Source: Epiperipatus broadwayi
Lineage: Eukaryota > Animalia > Onychophora
Direction of reading: 5' to 3'
DNA: 64,000 nucleotides
NCBI GenBank assembly: GCA_028023455.1
Contig: JAQFVV010000007.1
Span: forward strand, 6,386,001-6,450,000
Part shown: positions 13,064 through 26,560 of the stretch, one piece after another
Layout: each line of letters starts with the position of its first letter
Numbering within the stretch: position 1 is the stretch's first letter
The notes under the pieces: model-generated
Told to the model about the DNA's origin: nothing
The model's input: only the letters and a program-made list of their open reading frames with translations
The model's database searches: none
Made by a program: the position numbers and the translations under genes

Positions 13064-14049
13064 ATATTGGATGAGTAGGCATTAGATAGGGATTTTATGC
13101 ACAAGCCTTCTGGCATCCACTGATTACTCTGGCTTGCACTGAATGGCACTACTGTATGGAGAAGTTTGCCTATTTTAATAACATATTGAAATAGTTTTGC
13201 ATATTGTATATATTTAGTTTATTAATAATACTATTATACTTTAACATACCTTAAATTAATATTAGCACAACATTTTTATGTAGCAGTAATTAAAACAAAA
13301 TTGATATTTTATTTTGAAAGTGAAAGCTGTTGAATTAGAAGGGTTCGAATTAATGGCAATCTACTTTTATAAATCATAAATTTTTAATCATAATTCTATT
13401 TTTTTCACTAAAAAGGAAAAAAAAAAGATGTCAATTAAAAAAAAAATATGGCACTCTACATACTTTGGCTATAAAATGTAATGATGAGAACTAATATCAT
13501 AACAATAAATGATAATAGTAGAAAATTCCAATAATATAATGTGAGACCCAAATTTTAAATATTAGTTTAATATTTTGATAATAGATGGCGGTAAATCCCA
13601 AGCTTTATTTTTCTAATTTACAAAATTTATAAAAAAATTTAAAAACTCTCTTTAAGAAAATTAATTACATCACATATATTTTTTTAATTATTTTTTTATA
13701 CTAGAAAGTGGATTATTTTAATGATTCAGAAAAAGAAATTAACAATAACTTTAAAGAATAATTTAAAATATAGAATAATAAATTAGAAAAAACTTATCCT
13801 TTTTTTTTTTTTTTTTGCAACAAACTATCAGCCCCCCCCCCCCGCCCTCTCCCATTTATCCCTAATATTTTTTTGCAGCATTATAGGTTTTTTATTACAA
13901 TTCTGTGACATCAAGCTAAAATATATATATAAAAATCTTATACTTATATATAGATGACGTTTTTCTTACAGATATTGCACAACTTTAATCTGTTTTCTTT
14001 CATTTCTAAACTCAAAATAAAAATATATTATTACAAAACTATACTATTC

Positions 14050-14234
14050 GGTCATCATCATTTACGAACACCATCAATCCACTGCAGACAGAAGTTTTCT
14101 TTATGGTGAACCCAGATTCTCCGATCTCTAGCTACCTTTTCCAGAACACATCAGTAAGTTTTCTTATTTTATCTATACATCTCATGTATGACGTCTTTCT
14201 GGGTCTTTTGCTATCTCTTGGAATCTCATTCAAG
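14050..14234 (-). mobile_element. RTE LINE 3' end, split from 16182-16430 by a Merlin insertion
   Basis: Minus strand reads ..RDSKRPR...WKRVARDRRIW-like C-terminus, followed by a short tgatgatga tail. Confidence 0.65.
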
Positions 14235-16181
14235 GGTAATAGTATGAATACTGAACCCTACCGACTGATGGTGCTCTTTTTCGCCAAATTCACATCAATA
14301 TACCAATTCTTGGGCCGTCTGTTTGATTACATAATATTACGGTAAAAAAAAAATTTTTTCGACCGGTTTTTATTATTTTTTCATCGGCGATGGTAAACCA
14401 CCAAAGTTTTTTTTTGATTACATAATATTACGGTAAAAAAAAAAATTTTTTTTCAACTGGTTTTTAATATTTTTTCGTCGGCGACGGTAAACCACCAAAG
14501 TTTTTTTAAATTCCACCCGGGTTTTTTTTGTTTTTAATAAACAAATACTTTGTTTTTAGATGTTCTGGGGGTGTTGGTTTGTTTGTAAATTAAAGACTAA
14601 CTGTCCATAGATTTCTTTACATAATATTACTTATGGTAAACCAATTTTTTTTTCATATGGTTTTTTTTTTGGTTTGTTTTTTTAAGAAACAAACCCTTTG
14701 TTTTTAGATGGTGTAGGGGTGTTGGTTTGCTTTTAAATTCATCGGTTTGTTTACACAAAAATAACAAAGACTTTGTTGTTTTTAGATGGTTGTTTGCTTT
14801 GAATTTATCTTCTTTTTTTTTTTGGTTGATGTTTTGATTTACTGAAAGACTTCAACAATTCAGTACTTTTGAATAACCCCACACTTGGTTTTTTAGAGGT
14901 TGGAGGGAAGAGGGGTTGTTTTGATTTTGAATTGTCATCTTTTTGTTTTTGTTAATTTATTACAAGGCTTTTTTTGTTTCAAGTCTTTACACTACAGAAA
15001 GCTTTATATGATGGCGAAAAGTTCTTCCTTAAATTTTTGGGCCTTTAATTTAAAAAAAGACGTAAATAGTTCGTTTTTAAAGAATACTTTTTTTTAAGCT
15101 GGCGGATGTGGAATAATGGGGAAAGTTTGTTTTGATTTTTAATTAATGACTTCTTTTTGGATTTTCTTTTTGAACATTTTATTATGTTACTGCACAGTTC
15201 TTTATTATTATTTTATTTTTTTTGGTGGGGCCTTTTGAATCAACTCTTAAACCCTTCTTTTTTTTGGTATAATAAAATTTTACCTACTTTAACTGTTAAT
15301 GAAACTTATCAAATATTACCTACCTACTTTATAATCATATTATTTCATAAATTCTAAGTTATACTTTATAATCATGTGAACAACAAAAACAACAACAAGT
15401 TTCCCATAAAATAATTTATTGAATCAAAAAGAAACGAAACTTTGGACAAGTTATGAACCAAAACAAGTAAAAAAAAAACAAAAACACTATTGTCGGGGGC
15501 ATAAAAACAGCAGACAAAAGTAACATGCAAAGAAAATAACAGGTAAGCCTCAAAGCCATAAATAATGGGATTTTGAAGACTTCGAACCAACAACTTCCCT
15601 TACGTAAACCTACATAGGTATGCTTGCAGGAGTTTCTCTTTCTGGGAAAACACAATATTGTGCATCCATTGTGTGGCCAGCTGAAAGTTCACTCAGCTTC
15701 GACCAATTCGGACAACTTGCAGATGACATTTGACAGTTCTCACACGTATTCACATGTAAACGGGCATTTACACATTAAATCGGAAAAAACTGCTGAAAAG
15801 AATAACCTTTTCAAGTTGCGTGCAATTCAAAAGCATAGGGAAGCATTTGTGATGACATGACAATTCTTAATATGGAATACTAATTCCACTATGCTTTCTA
15901 AAAAATTTTCCGACAATGAATTTTTGCAGAGTTTCGTCTCTTTCAAATACAGCCTCCATCAAATCAGACCATAGTGAGAGTTCAAGAGGGCTCACTTGAC
16001 GAATACTGTTGCAATGCAATAGGCACAGTATTTTGTTATGTAATAACCCTTAGGCAGCCTGTTCCAGCTCAAAAAACATCTCTTGTACTGTCAGCCATAA
16101 GTTAAGGCTGCTATAAATGGTATATTGATGTGCATTTTGTGAAAAAGAGCAATAGTAGGGTTCAGTGTTCATACTATTACC
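14235..16181 (-). mobile_element. Merlin DNA transposon, internally decayed
   Basis: ~70-bp TIRs GGTAATAGTATGAA../..CATACTATTACC; 8-bp TSD cattcaag/cattcaaa. Minus strand GLRKGSCWFEVFKIPLF resembles Merlin SIRKGSWFE.SKL.L. Confidence 0.75.
14325..14510. repeat. ~90-bp tandem duplication inside the Merlin element
   Basis: tttgattacataatattacggtaaaa...ggtaaaccaccaaagttttt occurs twice in tandem. Confidence 0.8.
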
Positions 16182-16430
16182 CATTCAAAATTTTAACTAT
16201 CCATTTATTATCATCTCTTCTAGAAATAACTCTGGCTCAGCTCCACTTCAGTGTTTCTTAATTATTTCAGTGATGTTGGGGAATATCTCCTATGTATTTA
16301 CTTTTCAGTCTCTTCTTGTTACTCCCAACATATAACTATGGACATTTCATTGGGTGGCTTGAGGTATATGAAATTCAAAGCTTGTGTTCAAATCAGTAAC
16401 TTGTGGATCATGGAAATAATTCTTCCTTTA
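16182..16430 (-). mobile_element. RTE LINE fragment
   Basis: Minus strand reads MLGVTRRD..LKWS*A..ISRRDDNKWIVKIL, resembling RTE LKWxWAGHI.RR.D.RW. Confidence 0.65.
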
Positions 16431-16870
16431 ATATTTACATCTTTTGTGTGTGTGTATTTATAATCGGATCAAATAAATTTAATCAAAATACTCTGGAATA
16501 AACTCTACAATATTCAACATACCAATATATTTAAAAGCTATAGACAGCTTATGATACTGTACACTATCCTGTGTAGTATTTATAGTTAGAACCAGTTTAC
16601 AGTGGTGTATATTATCATGAGTAGAATAACCATTAAACGCTACTCAGGATGGCTTATGCTGCTGTAAGTTGGCTAAATCTATTATTTATTTTTTTAATAT
16701 TGGTATACTGAGGATAGCTTACACTGCTGTAAACTGTCTATAGCTAATATTTATTTTTTTATATTGGTGTATTGAATAGTGTAAAGTTTATTTCAGAATA
16801 TTTTTATTATATATAATCTTTTACAAATTTATTTTGCTTTCATAAACAATGTCAAAAATAAATGTTTATA

Positions 16871-17360
16871 TAACTCTGAAATTTATTTATCAAGTGCATA
16901 GTATGAATGTAATTAAATAGAAAAGATTTTCACCTTTTCATGTATGTGTTGTACTAATTTATATATGCTCAATGAAACTACGTTGAACTCAAACCCAAAC
17001 ATATGATAGAGACTTTATAAAGATAATAGTGGCCATCTTATCTTTAACCTAAATTCTGATTTACATAGGGCAATCTAAAGCATCTTGGTTTGAGATTACT
17101 CTGTTCATTTTTACATTCATTAGTTTTTTTCATAAATTAATATATGCAAAATCTTTTGATTTACTACGAGTCAATTTTAAGAATTAATAAAAACTATGTA
17201 ACTGTGAAATTTATTTATCAAGGGCATACTAAATATGTAATTAAATAAAAAGGATTTTTATCTGTTCACATATGTTGATACTAATTTATATAAGCTCAAT
17301 GATGCTGTGTTGTGTACAGGAAAACTCTCAAACCCAAACATAAGGTAGAGGTTTTATAAA
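16871..17360 (+). repeat. Diverged direct repeat (~150 bp, offset ~328 bp)
   Basis: taactctgaaatttatttatcaag...ctcaaacccaaacat at 16871 and again at 17199. Confidence 0.7.
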
Positions 17361-17762
17361 CTTTTTTTCATAAAAATGATACAATCAAACATTATGACTG
17401 CTTCCAAAACATTGTGTTACAAATATTTTTTGCAGTATCATGTCTTTGTCTCATGGAAGCAAGAATGGATACATTTTTGGAACCAAATCTATGCAGTATT
17501 AAGAAATTGCACCATTGTTTCTCACAACAACTTATCAGTAATTCAAAGATGTTGGTAATGGTCTGAATCGATTTTTTTTCTCTGTGGAAATTTAATTTTT
17601 GAATTAAATCCACAAAACAATATAATGTAATGTTAAGACGGCCGTGGCATGATAGTAATTAGAAGTATTTATAATAACTTATACAGTACTCTTAGTGAAT
17701 TGCATACTAAAATAAATTTGCTTTTGTCATTCAAGTATAAGTAAAAATATTTTCATTGTCAA

Positions 17763-17842
17763 GCGTTGGTTGTTGAGAGGTTAGCACAACTGCCTTACAA
17801 GCAGTTGTCCTGGATTAGCGGGTTCACTTCCCGGCCGATGCT
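17763..17842 (+). pseudogene. tRNA-Gly(TCC)-derived pseudogene or SINE head
   Basis: gcgttggttg..gttagcacaactgccttacaagcagttg..gggttc..tcccggccgatgc aligns to the eukaryotic tRNA-Gly(TCC) consensus; anticodon position reads TAC, with an ~8-9-nt insertion. Confidence 0.7.
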
Positions 17843-18099
17843 TTGACACACGAAAATATATATATTTTTTTTTTTCATTCAAATTATCAAAAAGTAATAT
17901 TTAAATTTGCTTTTTGCTTCATATCAGATGTATATTTTTTAATATACATATATATAATATTTAAATACATGTATATTGTTAACTTAATGTAATTAATTAT
18001 ATGAGACTTGAACTCAGATTTTCAAGCTCCTAATAGCTATCCAATACATCTTATACAATCTATACCATGACCACATAATGTGAAAAAGATAAATGATCT

Positions 18100-18141
18100 C
18101 CAATATACATATTTCATGCTAAAACAGCACTCATCAGTTTA
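18100..18141 (-). ncRNA. Family D hammerhead
   Basis: UAAA CUGAUGA GUGCUG UUU UAGCAU GAAAU AUGU AUA UUGG. Confidence 0.7.
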
Positions 18142-18584
18142 TCCAGATCACCATTTTCCACACATATATACAATCATTACTCCGTTTATATTAAGATAGC
18201 AAGTCTTCAAACTTTAATGGACAAGCTTCAATGTTCTTCATTCTTAAACTCCTCAGCCATCCATTTCACTGAAAATCAGGATGAAATGCTCAAAACCTCT
18301 ACTGATACCAATGTTATTACATTAAGTTAACAATATACATGTATCTAAACATTATAAGGTCCTATGTGTAAGGGGTCAGAGTGATTTAAGGTCAATATGG
18401 ATATGACAATAATATTGACATCAACAGGGACTTTGAGCATTTCATCCTGTTTTTCAATGATATGGATGGCCAAGGAGTTGGAAAATGGAGAAGTTTGAAG
18501 CTTGTCCATTAAAGTTTGAAGATTTGTTATTTTAATATAAACTGAAAAATGATTGTATATATGAGTGAGAGATAATGATCTGGA

Positions 18585-18626
18585 CCAACTGATGAGTGCT
18601 GATTCAGCATGAAATACGAATATTGT
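18585..18626 (+). ncRNA. Family D hammerhead
   Basis: CCAA CUGAUGA GUGCUG AUU CAGCAU GAAAU ACGA AUA UUGU. Confidence 0.75.
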
Positions 18627-20042
18627 AGATCAATCTTTTTCAGATGCATGTGGTCACATATATTTGGTGTATAAGATGGGTTGGCTAGTTATAGGGAGCT
18701 TGAAAATCTGAGTTCAATATATTAGAATAATTGTAATTTCAAAATGAGCAAATCTATCGGTAAATTATATAAAATTAATTCTTTATTGATAAGATCATTT
18801 GAATCTTTGATTTTTATAAATAAAAAATCTATAATAAAGAAGGAAGACCAAAATCAACTCAGATAAATCTAAATATAAAAATAATATATAAAAAACAATA
18901 TTACTCTCCCCCCACCCACACTTATTTAATAAGATCATAAATGTATTAAGAGCCTTTTTTTAATTTGACATAAAAGAGTGTGTGTGTGTGAGAGGGTATC
19001 TAATTCAATCAATTGCATATTAAATTAATTAATATATGGATAACTTTCCTTCCTGATTTTATTTCGATTTAAATCTAGCAATCCAAATTATGCTCAAAGA
19101 AAATAAATAGAGGGGGGGATCCTATTAGGCATTTCTGATCCTATTAAATAAAGGCATTTTTTATAATATTTTTTTACTTTTTAGTTAACAGATATTTTGC
19201 AACATACTTTTTGTAACTACTCATATTCAAATTTGAAAAGTAAAAAGGCAAACAATATTAGAGGATTCGCCGTTTCTGAAATGAAATTTACACTTGTTAA
19301 AAATCATTTACAAGATTTTTTTTCTGAATGCAACACTTTTTAAAAAGGAAGTTTTAATTAAACAATTAAGAGAAATTGAGATTTCATTTCTCATTTATTT
19401 CTTATTTAAATAAAATTAAATGTTTTTAATGAAGATCCAATGACAAATATTTTTTTAAAAAGTCCGCTATTTCATATACAGCAGCAAAAACTTTCTGAAG
19501 TGACAATACGTGTTTTGAAATTCAGCCCACCAATGCTTCTAGATTGGATAACCAGATACATAACTCTAAAATGTTTCAGTGTCATATTTCATTACCAACA
19601 ATAATTAACATAGGTACAAAATTTGAAGGGAATTCATTTGATAGAAATATGTTAAAATCAGTTACAAAATTTAAGCATGACAAATAACAAACAAACAAAC
19701 TTTCTAAGCTCAATAAAAGTGTTTAATTAAAACCTGTATTCAATATTTCAATAGTATATAGCATGACATTTTATCCTGGTTAAAACACTATAAATAAATA
19801 AATAAATAAATAAATAAATTTTGTTATTATGCTTTATTTTTTATTTGAGGGATGTGTGTGTAAGAATTCAGCTTTTAATAATTTAAATAATTCATTTAAA
19901 GCTCATAAAGACATGAAGCATTAAATCATCTAAACATTATGCTTTTATTTAAAATATTTGGCTCACAATTTAATTCACAATAAAAAATGAATTTGCTTCC
20001 CCTCTATCTTATCTCACTGCATTTCACTGGTGAAAACTATAT

Positions 20043-20218
20043 AAATCACATCACCCCAATTATTGTCAATGCTTAAAATTAATCAATAAAATATCAACAA
20101 CTTGTTGTCAAGGCAACAATCAGATAATAAGTTTAATTTATTATCTGTGTTACCTTGACAACATATTGCTGATATTTTATTGATTAATTTTACTCATTGG
20201 CTGGAGTGATATGATTTA
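20043..20218. repeat. Family E foldback hairpin 1
   Basis: Near-perfect palindrome with core tgttgtcaaggcaac...gttaccttgacaaca. Confidence 0.85.
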
Positions 20219-20276
20219 CATTTGATAACCAATTATCTATGTACATTTACCATTTAATATATATATATATATAATC

Positions 20277-20455
20277 ATTAATACCAGTCAACACTTAGAC
20301 AATCCCAAATTCAAATAACAATCAACAATTTCAACCTGTTGTCAAGGAAACCTTTAACAATAAAGTATTGTTAAAGAAGTTTGCCTTGACAATAGATTGA
20401 AATTGTTGATTGTTATTTGATATTGGGTTTGTCTAAGGGTTGACTGGTTTTAATA
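20277..20455. repeat. Family E foldback hairpin 2
   Basis: Palindrome attaataccagtcaac.../...gttgactggttttaat sharing the tgttgtcaagg core. Related fragments lie at ~23380-23760 and ~35470-35565. Confidence 0.85.
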
Positions 20456-20686
20456 TAACCCATTTAGCTTTGAGGATTATTACACTTATATATATATATA
20501 TATAATTATAATTCAGTAATATTTCTTCTTTCCTTAATTGAAATATTAGAAAATAACTAATAGAATATTAACAATTAGTTCTACGAATATGACTGACCTG
20601 AATAAAAACAGTGCTAAGCTGCAATTGTAAATAAATTATAATCTTTCCAGCACATAGTATTATCACTATTTATTTTGTTATATATA

Positions 20687-23079
20687 CAAGAATGCCTTGA
20701 TTAGTACGGTTTTGATTCATATTGTTTCACTGTAGTATGGTATTAAAACAATAGAACAATAATCCACTAAAAACTACCCTTGTTAAATAAAAATAGATAT
20801 TCTATCAAATAGGAGACATCATCAGAGAGAGAAAGAGAGAGAAAGTGAGAGAAGGAATTGTAGTACTTTGCCTTGTGATCAAAGAAATTAAGATATGAAA
20901 AAATTAAAATAAAAATGGAATACAGTACATTATAAATTAAATTTTACGCAGGTTTGTTAATTAATAAACTAAAATTTAAAATTAGTTATTTTTTTATAAG
21001 GAAAAAATGTAAAAAAAAACATCCTGCTCAAATTTCCCATCACCTCTAATTTTGGCACATGGTTATTGTACACTGTACAATAATTGTGCTAGACACACAT
21101 TGTTCCCTAGCCCTGCTACATTGAAATTGTGTTATTCATCATTTTCAGCTTTTAAAAAATTATAATCATCTATTTTATAACAACTAAACAACCATGAGTG
21201 CAAAAAGAAAAAGTTTTTTCTGGAAATAACACACATAAGTGGTTAACATTAGAAAAAAACTTGATATAATAAAGCTTCATGAAGAAGATGCTTCCTTTGC
21301 TAAAGTAGGCTGTGAAAAAGAAATGAATGAATCATCCGTTAGACAAATTATTAAAAGAAAGATCAATATAAATCATATGGTATAGCTACAGCATCTTATT
21401 TATCTAAATCAATAACTAAAAACAAAAGCAGTCTAATGGTAGATATAGAACAGCTGTTATCGATATGGGTTGAAGATTTAAATCAAAAAAGAATTCCTCT
21501 AAGTCAAATAAAAATTCAAGCTGAAGCATTTAGTCTCTACAATGACTTGAAAGAAAACCAAAAAAAAAAAAAAACAGAAAATGAAGGAGCAGGGGAAACT
21601 AGTGAAATTTTTACAGCAAGTCATGGGTGGTTTTTTTCATTTTAAAAAGTGAACTGGCATTCATAATGCCTGTATTGTAGGTGAAAGTGCAGATAAGAAG
21701 CCGCTTTAAAATATCTCCAGGAATTAAATGAAATTATAGAAAAAGGAGGCTATAAAGATGAACAAATATTTAATGTTGATGAAATAGGAATGTTTTGGAA
21801 AAAATTACCAACATGAACTTATTTAGCAGCAAATGAAAAGGCATGCCCTGGATATAAAATTTCAAAAGATCACCTAACACTTTTATTGGATGGAAATGCA
21901 GCAGGAGATTTCAAATTAAAATTGATGCTTCTGTATCATGCTGAAAACCATAGATGTCTTAAAGATTTCTCAAAGAACACTCTCCCCATATTGTGATACT
22001 CAAATAAAAAAGCATGGTTCACAAAAAAATTATTTGAAAATTGGTTTGCCAACTACTTAGCCCTACAACAAAACATTATTACAGAGAAAATGGTTTTGAT
22101 TTTAAGATTTTATTGATCTTAGATAATGCACAAGGTCATCCAACTGGACTTTGTGATTTAAATGAGCACGTAAAAATGTTTTCTTCTACCAAATACCACT
22201 TCATTAATTCAGCCAATGGAACCAAGGTATCATTGCAACTTTTAAGGCCTATTATTTGTGCAAAATTTTCACACAAGTCATAAAAGCCACAATGGAGGAA
22301 ATTGCTCAAACTTTAACTGAATTTTGGAAGAGCTACAACCTCAGAAATGCTATTGAAAACATAGGCGAAGCATAGCTTGAAGTTACAGCTAGTAATATGA
22401 GGGTAGTATGAAAACATATTGTGCAAATGATTTTATTGGTTTTGAAGCCCATTTTGCTGAAGTTACGAATAACATAGTAGAACTTGATTTTGAAGAATTA
22501 GATTCTGCCAATGTGGTTGAGCGTATTGAATCAAATACAAAAAACTTGGATAATGAAACTCTTATTAATATAGAAGACCAATGAGTCCATGAAAAAGATA
22601 CGACCAACTTAGATAATGCAGTTATATGAAGTTCCTACTAAAGAAATAACAGCTGAAGAACTTGAGAAAATTGCTAACATGGTTGAAACTATTTCCAACT
22701 ATATTATGGAAGTTGATCCAAATATTGAACGTAGCTTTACAATTCACCGAAATATCTACACTGCAATTCAATGCTACAAAGAAATGTATAAAAAAAAGAA
22801 ACCAAAGAAGAAACCAGTGTAGACATCAATATTCCAATTTTTTGGTAATAAAAAATAAAATCTTTAAAAAAATTATACGGTATATTTATGTCATTTTATT
22901 ATTTATTTTAAATATGGAAATTATTATTAATACATTGATAATTGAAAAAAGTGCTGCCAAAAAAATTTATTAGAACCAATTACCATTTTTCCTATAGCTT
23001 TCGTTCCTCGATTAGTATGGTTTCAAACAGTGTGGGATATTGCCAGAATCAATTAACAGCACTAATCATGGCATTCCTG
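20687..23079 (+). mobile_element. Tigger/pogo (Tc1-mariner) DNA transposon with disrupted transposase (~21194-22822)
   Basis: TA-flanked TIRs caagaatgccttgattagtac / gcactaatcatggcattcctg; CENP-B-type HTH (FTASHGWF), QIFNVDE, and ILLILDNAQGHP motifs. Confidence 0.9.
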
Positions 23080-24849
23080 TATATATTATTATTTTAAAAA
23101 ATCAATACACATCTTGTATTTAATAATTAATATACATTACAAATAAGTAATCTTTATATGTATAAATTTTTACATGTTAATTATTCTTCTATTTTCAAGA
23201 TGAAATCTAAATTATAATTTTCTTTTATTACTTTTTTCCTTTATTCATTTTTATACAAAATTTTGAAAAAAATATACTAAATTTTTTTTAAAAATAGAAG
23301 TCATTATTTGACTTCTTATAAATTTTCAAACAAATTTATTTTTCCAGATTCAACCATAATGCCAGTTGAATTTGATCTTCACTAGCTATCAACAATCTAC
23401 CATCAAGACAATCTTCTTTAACAATAAATGTTGTACAATCTTTATCTATGGTCTTATATGTTTATATAGACACTAAACATTGAAACTTGATGAAAGAGTT
23501 TGAGATTAATAATGCAAAGAAGTTTAAACAAACATCATTAATCAGGCAAATTTAACCTGTTTTGAAAGCAGACTAATAAATAGTTAATTACAACTTCCAG
23601 ATTCTGAAAGCAGACTAATAAATAATCAATTATAACTTCCAAGTTGCAATCTTTAATGCTTATGTAAATATATTATACCATAGATAAAGGTGTTACCACC
23701 TTTATTGTTAAAGGAGGTTGCCTTGACTACAGGTTGAGATTGTTGATAGCTTAAGGATTGATTATTATCATCTACATGTATAAACCTATTAAAGCCTTGA
23801 GTAATTGGCTTTATTGTTTTAATTAGATCTTCCTAGATAAAATTAGACTCAACAACAGAATCAGGATATCCCATGACCATTCATTTCATTTATCTGCTTT
23901 ATCAATGAAATTAATAGCTATATTGAACCATATAATTAATATGTGAAATCTAATTTGTCAGATAAAAGATGTTTTATCTGACAAAATTAACGTTAGTTTA
24001 GTAAAAGGTGGATATTATTGTGAGTTCATTTAAATTATTTTTTAATAATCTTGCTTGTGAATTTTCATGGTAATATATTCAGATTTGTTTGTTCCATGAA
24101 TGGGTTTATATTCCTAACATTAAATATTTAATAAGCAGTAAAATTATTTACTTGCTTATTAAAATCATTAGATTAATATATAATGTTGAGTATTAAATTT
24201 ACATTATTATTTCAATTTTTTTTACAATGTCTCCAAGATAATACATTACCAGAGCAGTCATTAATAAATTAGGGTTAATCAAAATTTATGTCACAAGCAA
24301 TCATTAAGTGTCGTTACTTAAACCTAATACCATGTTACCCAGACATCCAACTTGCCTTGAGGAAAAAACACTAGCTTATCAGTTGAGTAACATAAAGAAA
24401 TAATTTTACTGAATTGATCGAAATTATTGTGTTCAAGTATTTTCAAGTGTCACATGATCATCCAAGCATTTAATCACATGATTATATTTGTATATGAAGT
24501 TCATAATAATCATTTTACCATTCAATACTAAATTATCCAACTAGGTCTATGACTCCGTGGAAAATCTTGTAAAAGTTATTGATGTAGGGGGGGGGGGAGT
24601 TTCACAGGAAGATTTGAAAATTTTAATTTTTATATGAAAATGTACTCTTTATAGTGAGTTTATAAAGTAAAATTTCTCACTGCTCTTTTGTTTATAATTT
24701 AATATTCCTTCATTTCTTGTTGAATAAGTTCAAAATTTATTATAAATATGTTTTTGACAATCTGTCTTCACTGAGTTCATAAAAAGTTCAAAGACCAAAA
24801 ATCACAGACAGCAGCGAGCTGTGATGCATTGATCTTGAGCTCCCAAGTC

Positions 24850-25330
24850 CATCTCTCTACTACAGCCCTATTCCACACAGAATTGCAACTGTTGTAGGGG
24901 TTTGGTGCAATAGAGCTCATTTTATTCAATTAAGTGTTAGAATCAATACAGTATTTGTTACTCTTATAAAATAAATATCGATTGTTATTGAATTTGTTGT
25001 TTCTTCAAAAAAGATATCCATAAAGAAGTCAGCATCTTCCTAGGCACCCCTACACTCCCATTGCCAACATAGTCACAGTACTTGAGATGCGATGAAAACC
25101 TGACATGTGTAAAGTTGAAATTTTGTGTTAACAAGTTGAGGTTTTGATATTTTTTGGGATAGTTTTTCCAATCACGAACCATTAAATATTGATGAGTATG
25201 TGGATATCAAACTATTCTTAAGTAGAGATGGAAACAAGGTGAAAATGTACTCAAATCTTTATTATCCACCAGACACAATGGTTTCCCATTTTTTCTCTTT
25301 TAAAAATGCTATTGGTGAAAACTTGGCTGT
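24850..25330 (-). pseudogene. Gypsy-like RT remnant
   Basis: Minus strand gives FHRISS..MLAMG..DFFMDIFFEET, resembling F.R.PFGISSA / YMDDI; heavily decayed. Confidence 0.45.
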
Positions 25331-25949
25331 GCAGTAAAATATTTTTTAATTGGAAAAAAAAATATAACTAACAACATAATTAATCTGTTTATCTTATATT
25401 CTGTTAGTCAAGATATTGTGTTGTAAGAGATATTATTGGAATGCTCAATGTTAGATTTTAATTTTCATATTTAAATATATCATTTCTGATTTTGGTTTTC
25501 CTGTTTTCATAATTGTTTTCTATCAATAAAAGTCAGAGATGAAAATGATCTTGTTGATAAAAAGTCAATTATACAACAATTATTGAAGTTTTGTTTATTT
25601 CAAAATTGCAACACCTATAATATATATAAGAAGTGTATCCCAATGAAAATATGACTGGTAACTGGTTCTTTTTTTAAGCTGTCTGTAACATTATTTCTGA
25701 AATAACTAGTGTTGTATAACAATAAAATTCATATATTCAGCAGAATAATTTCAAGGTACTAATATGTCAGGATTGTGAGTTACGATATATGATGTGACGG
25801 TCTCATACTTTAACCTATGATGAGCAACATGCTTTTGTATTAAATTAGGCAAAACTGTAAATGAAATTATTGCAAAAGATTCAGACTATGTGTGATAGTG
25901 AAACTATGATTTACAAGAATATTTTCAAGTGGTTGCAAGATTCTACAAT

Positions 25950-26560
25950 AATAGGTAGATCACTGAAGTTTAATTTTAAACGCATGAAGTACAATGTCAC
26001 ATTTTCTGTTATTACATGTGATCAAGACACACCAATACCTTAAAATCTTTGTGATAAATAGTTAAGCACTAAAATAAAATTGGAAGATGAGAGAATTCTT
26101 AAAATGCCATGTTAATCATATAACAGAATGGAAAAATGGAACGTTAAAGGATATAGTCACTACTTCCTTTTACAGATAAGAATAATAAGACTGATGTTTC
26201 TACTAACAATGAGTTAAAGCACTATATAGCTCTTCAGTTCAAGAAGAAGCAATAGAATTAAATGGTGAACAAGAAGAAAAGCTTATAGAGCAGGAAAAGA
26301 ATGAATTAACCTCAACAAGACCTATTAGAAAGAAGCAGATATCAAAAAAGTTACAAGATTATTTTTTGTAAATAAAATTCTGCTCATTTCTAAACTGAAG
26401 ATGAGGTATTGTATACTGGTTAGTTTGTAAATATTTTATTAAATAAAGTGGCATATATGTATGTGTGCAGAAGCTGGGCAGTATAGGCAGTGCTGAGTCA
26501 CTCTAGAAATAATAATATGCAGAAAAAAAAATTAGTCTACTGTAAGAAGCAGTATGCTAA
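25950..26560 (+). mobile_element. Gypsy-like 3' end (integrase C-tail, possible PPT and LTR start)
   Basis: RPIRKKQISKKLQDYFCK* followed by purine-rich gaagatgagg and then tgtatac. Confidence 0.45.

Larger units (their letters stand above)
12788..13181. mobile_element. Family A head-to-head palindromic double-HHR element
   Basis: Arms 12827-12983 / 13025-13181, spacer containing agatctaggtgcagtgctctcggatc, and tail gatcacatgatcacc at 12788. Confidence 0.85.
18008..18717. mobile_element. Family D head-to-head palindromic double-HHR element (~310-bp arms)
   Basis: ~18008-18320 pairs with ~18408-18717 (ttgaactcagattttcaagctcc / ggagcttgaaaatctgagttcaa). The right side is homologous to 36380-36760 and 49370-49720. 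Confidence 0.85.

Noticed and set aside
13618-13640. aagatggcgg YY1/initiator-like promoter motif
   Set aside because: A single short motif with no supportable downstream exon.
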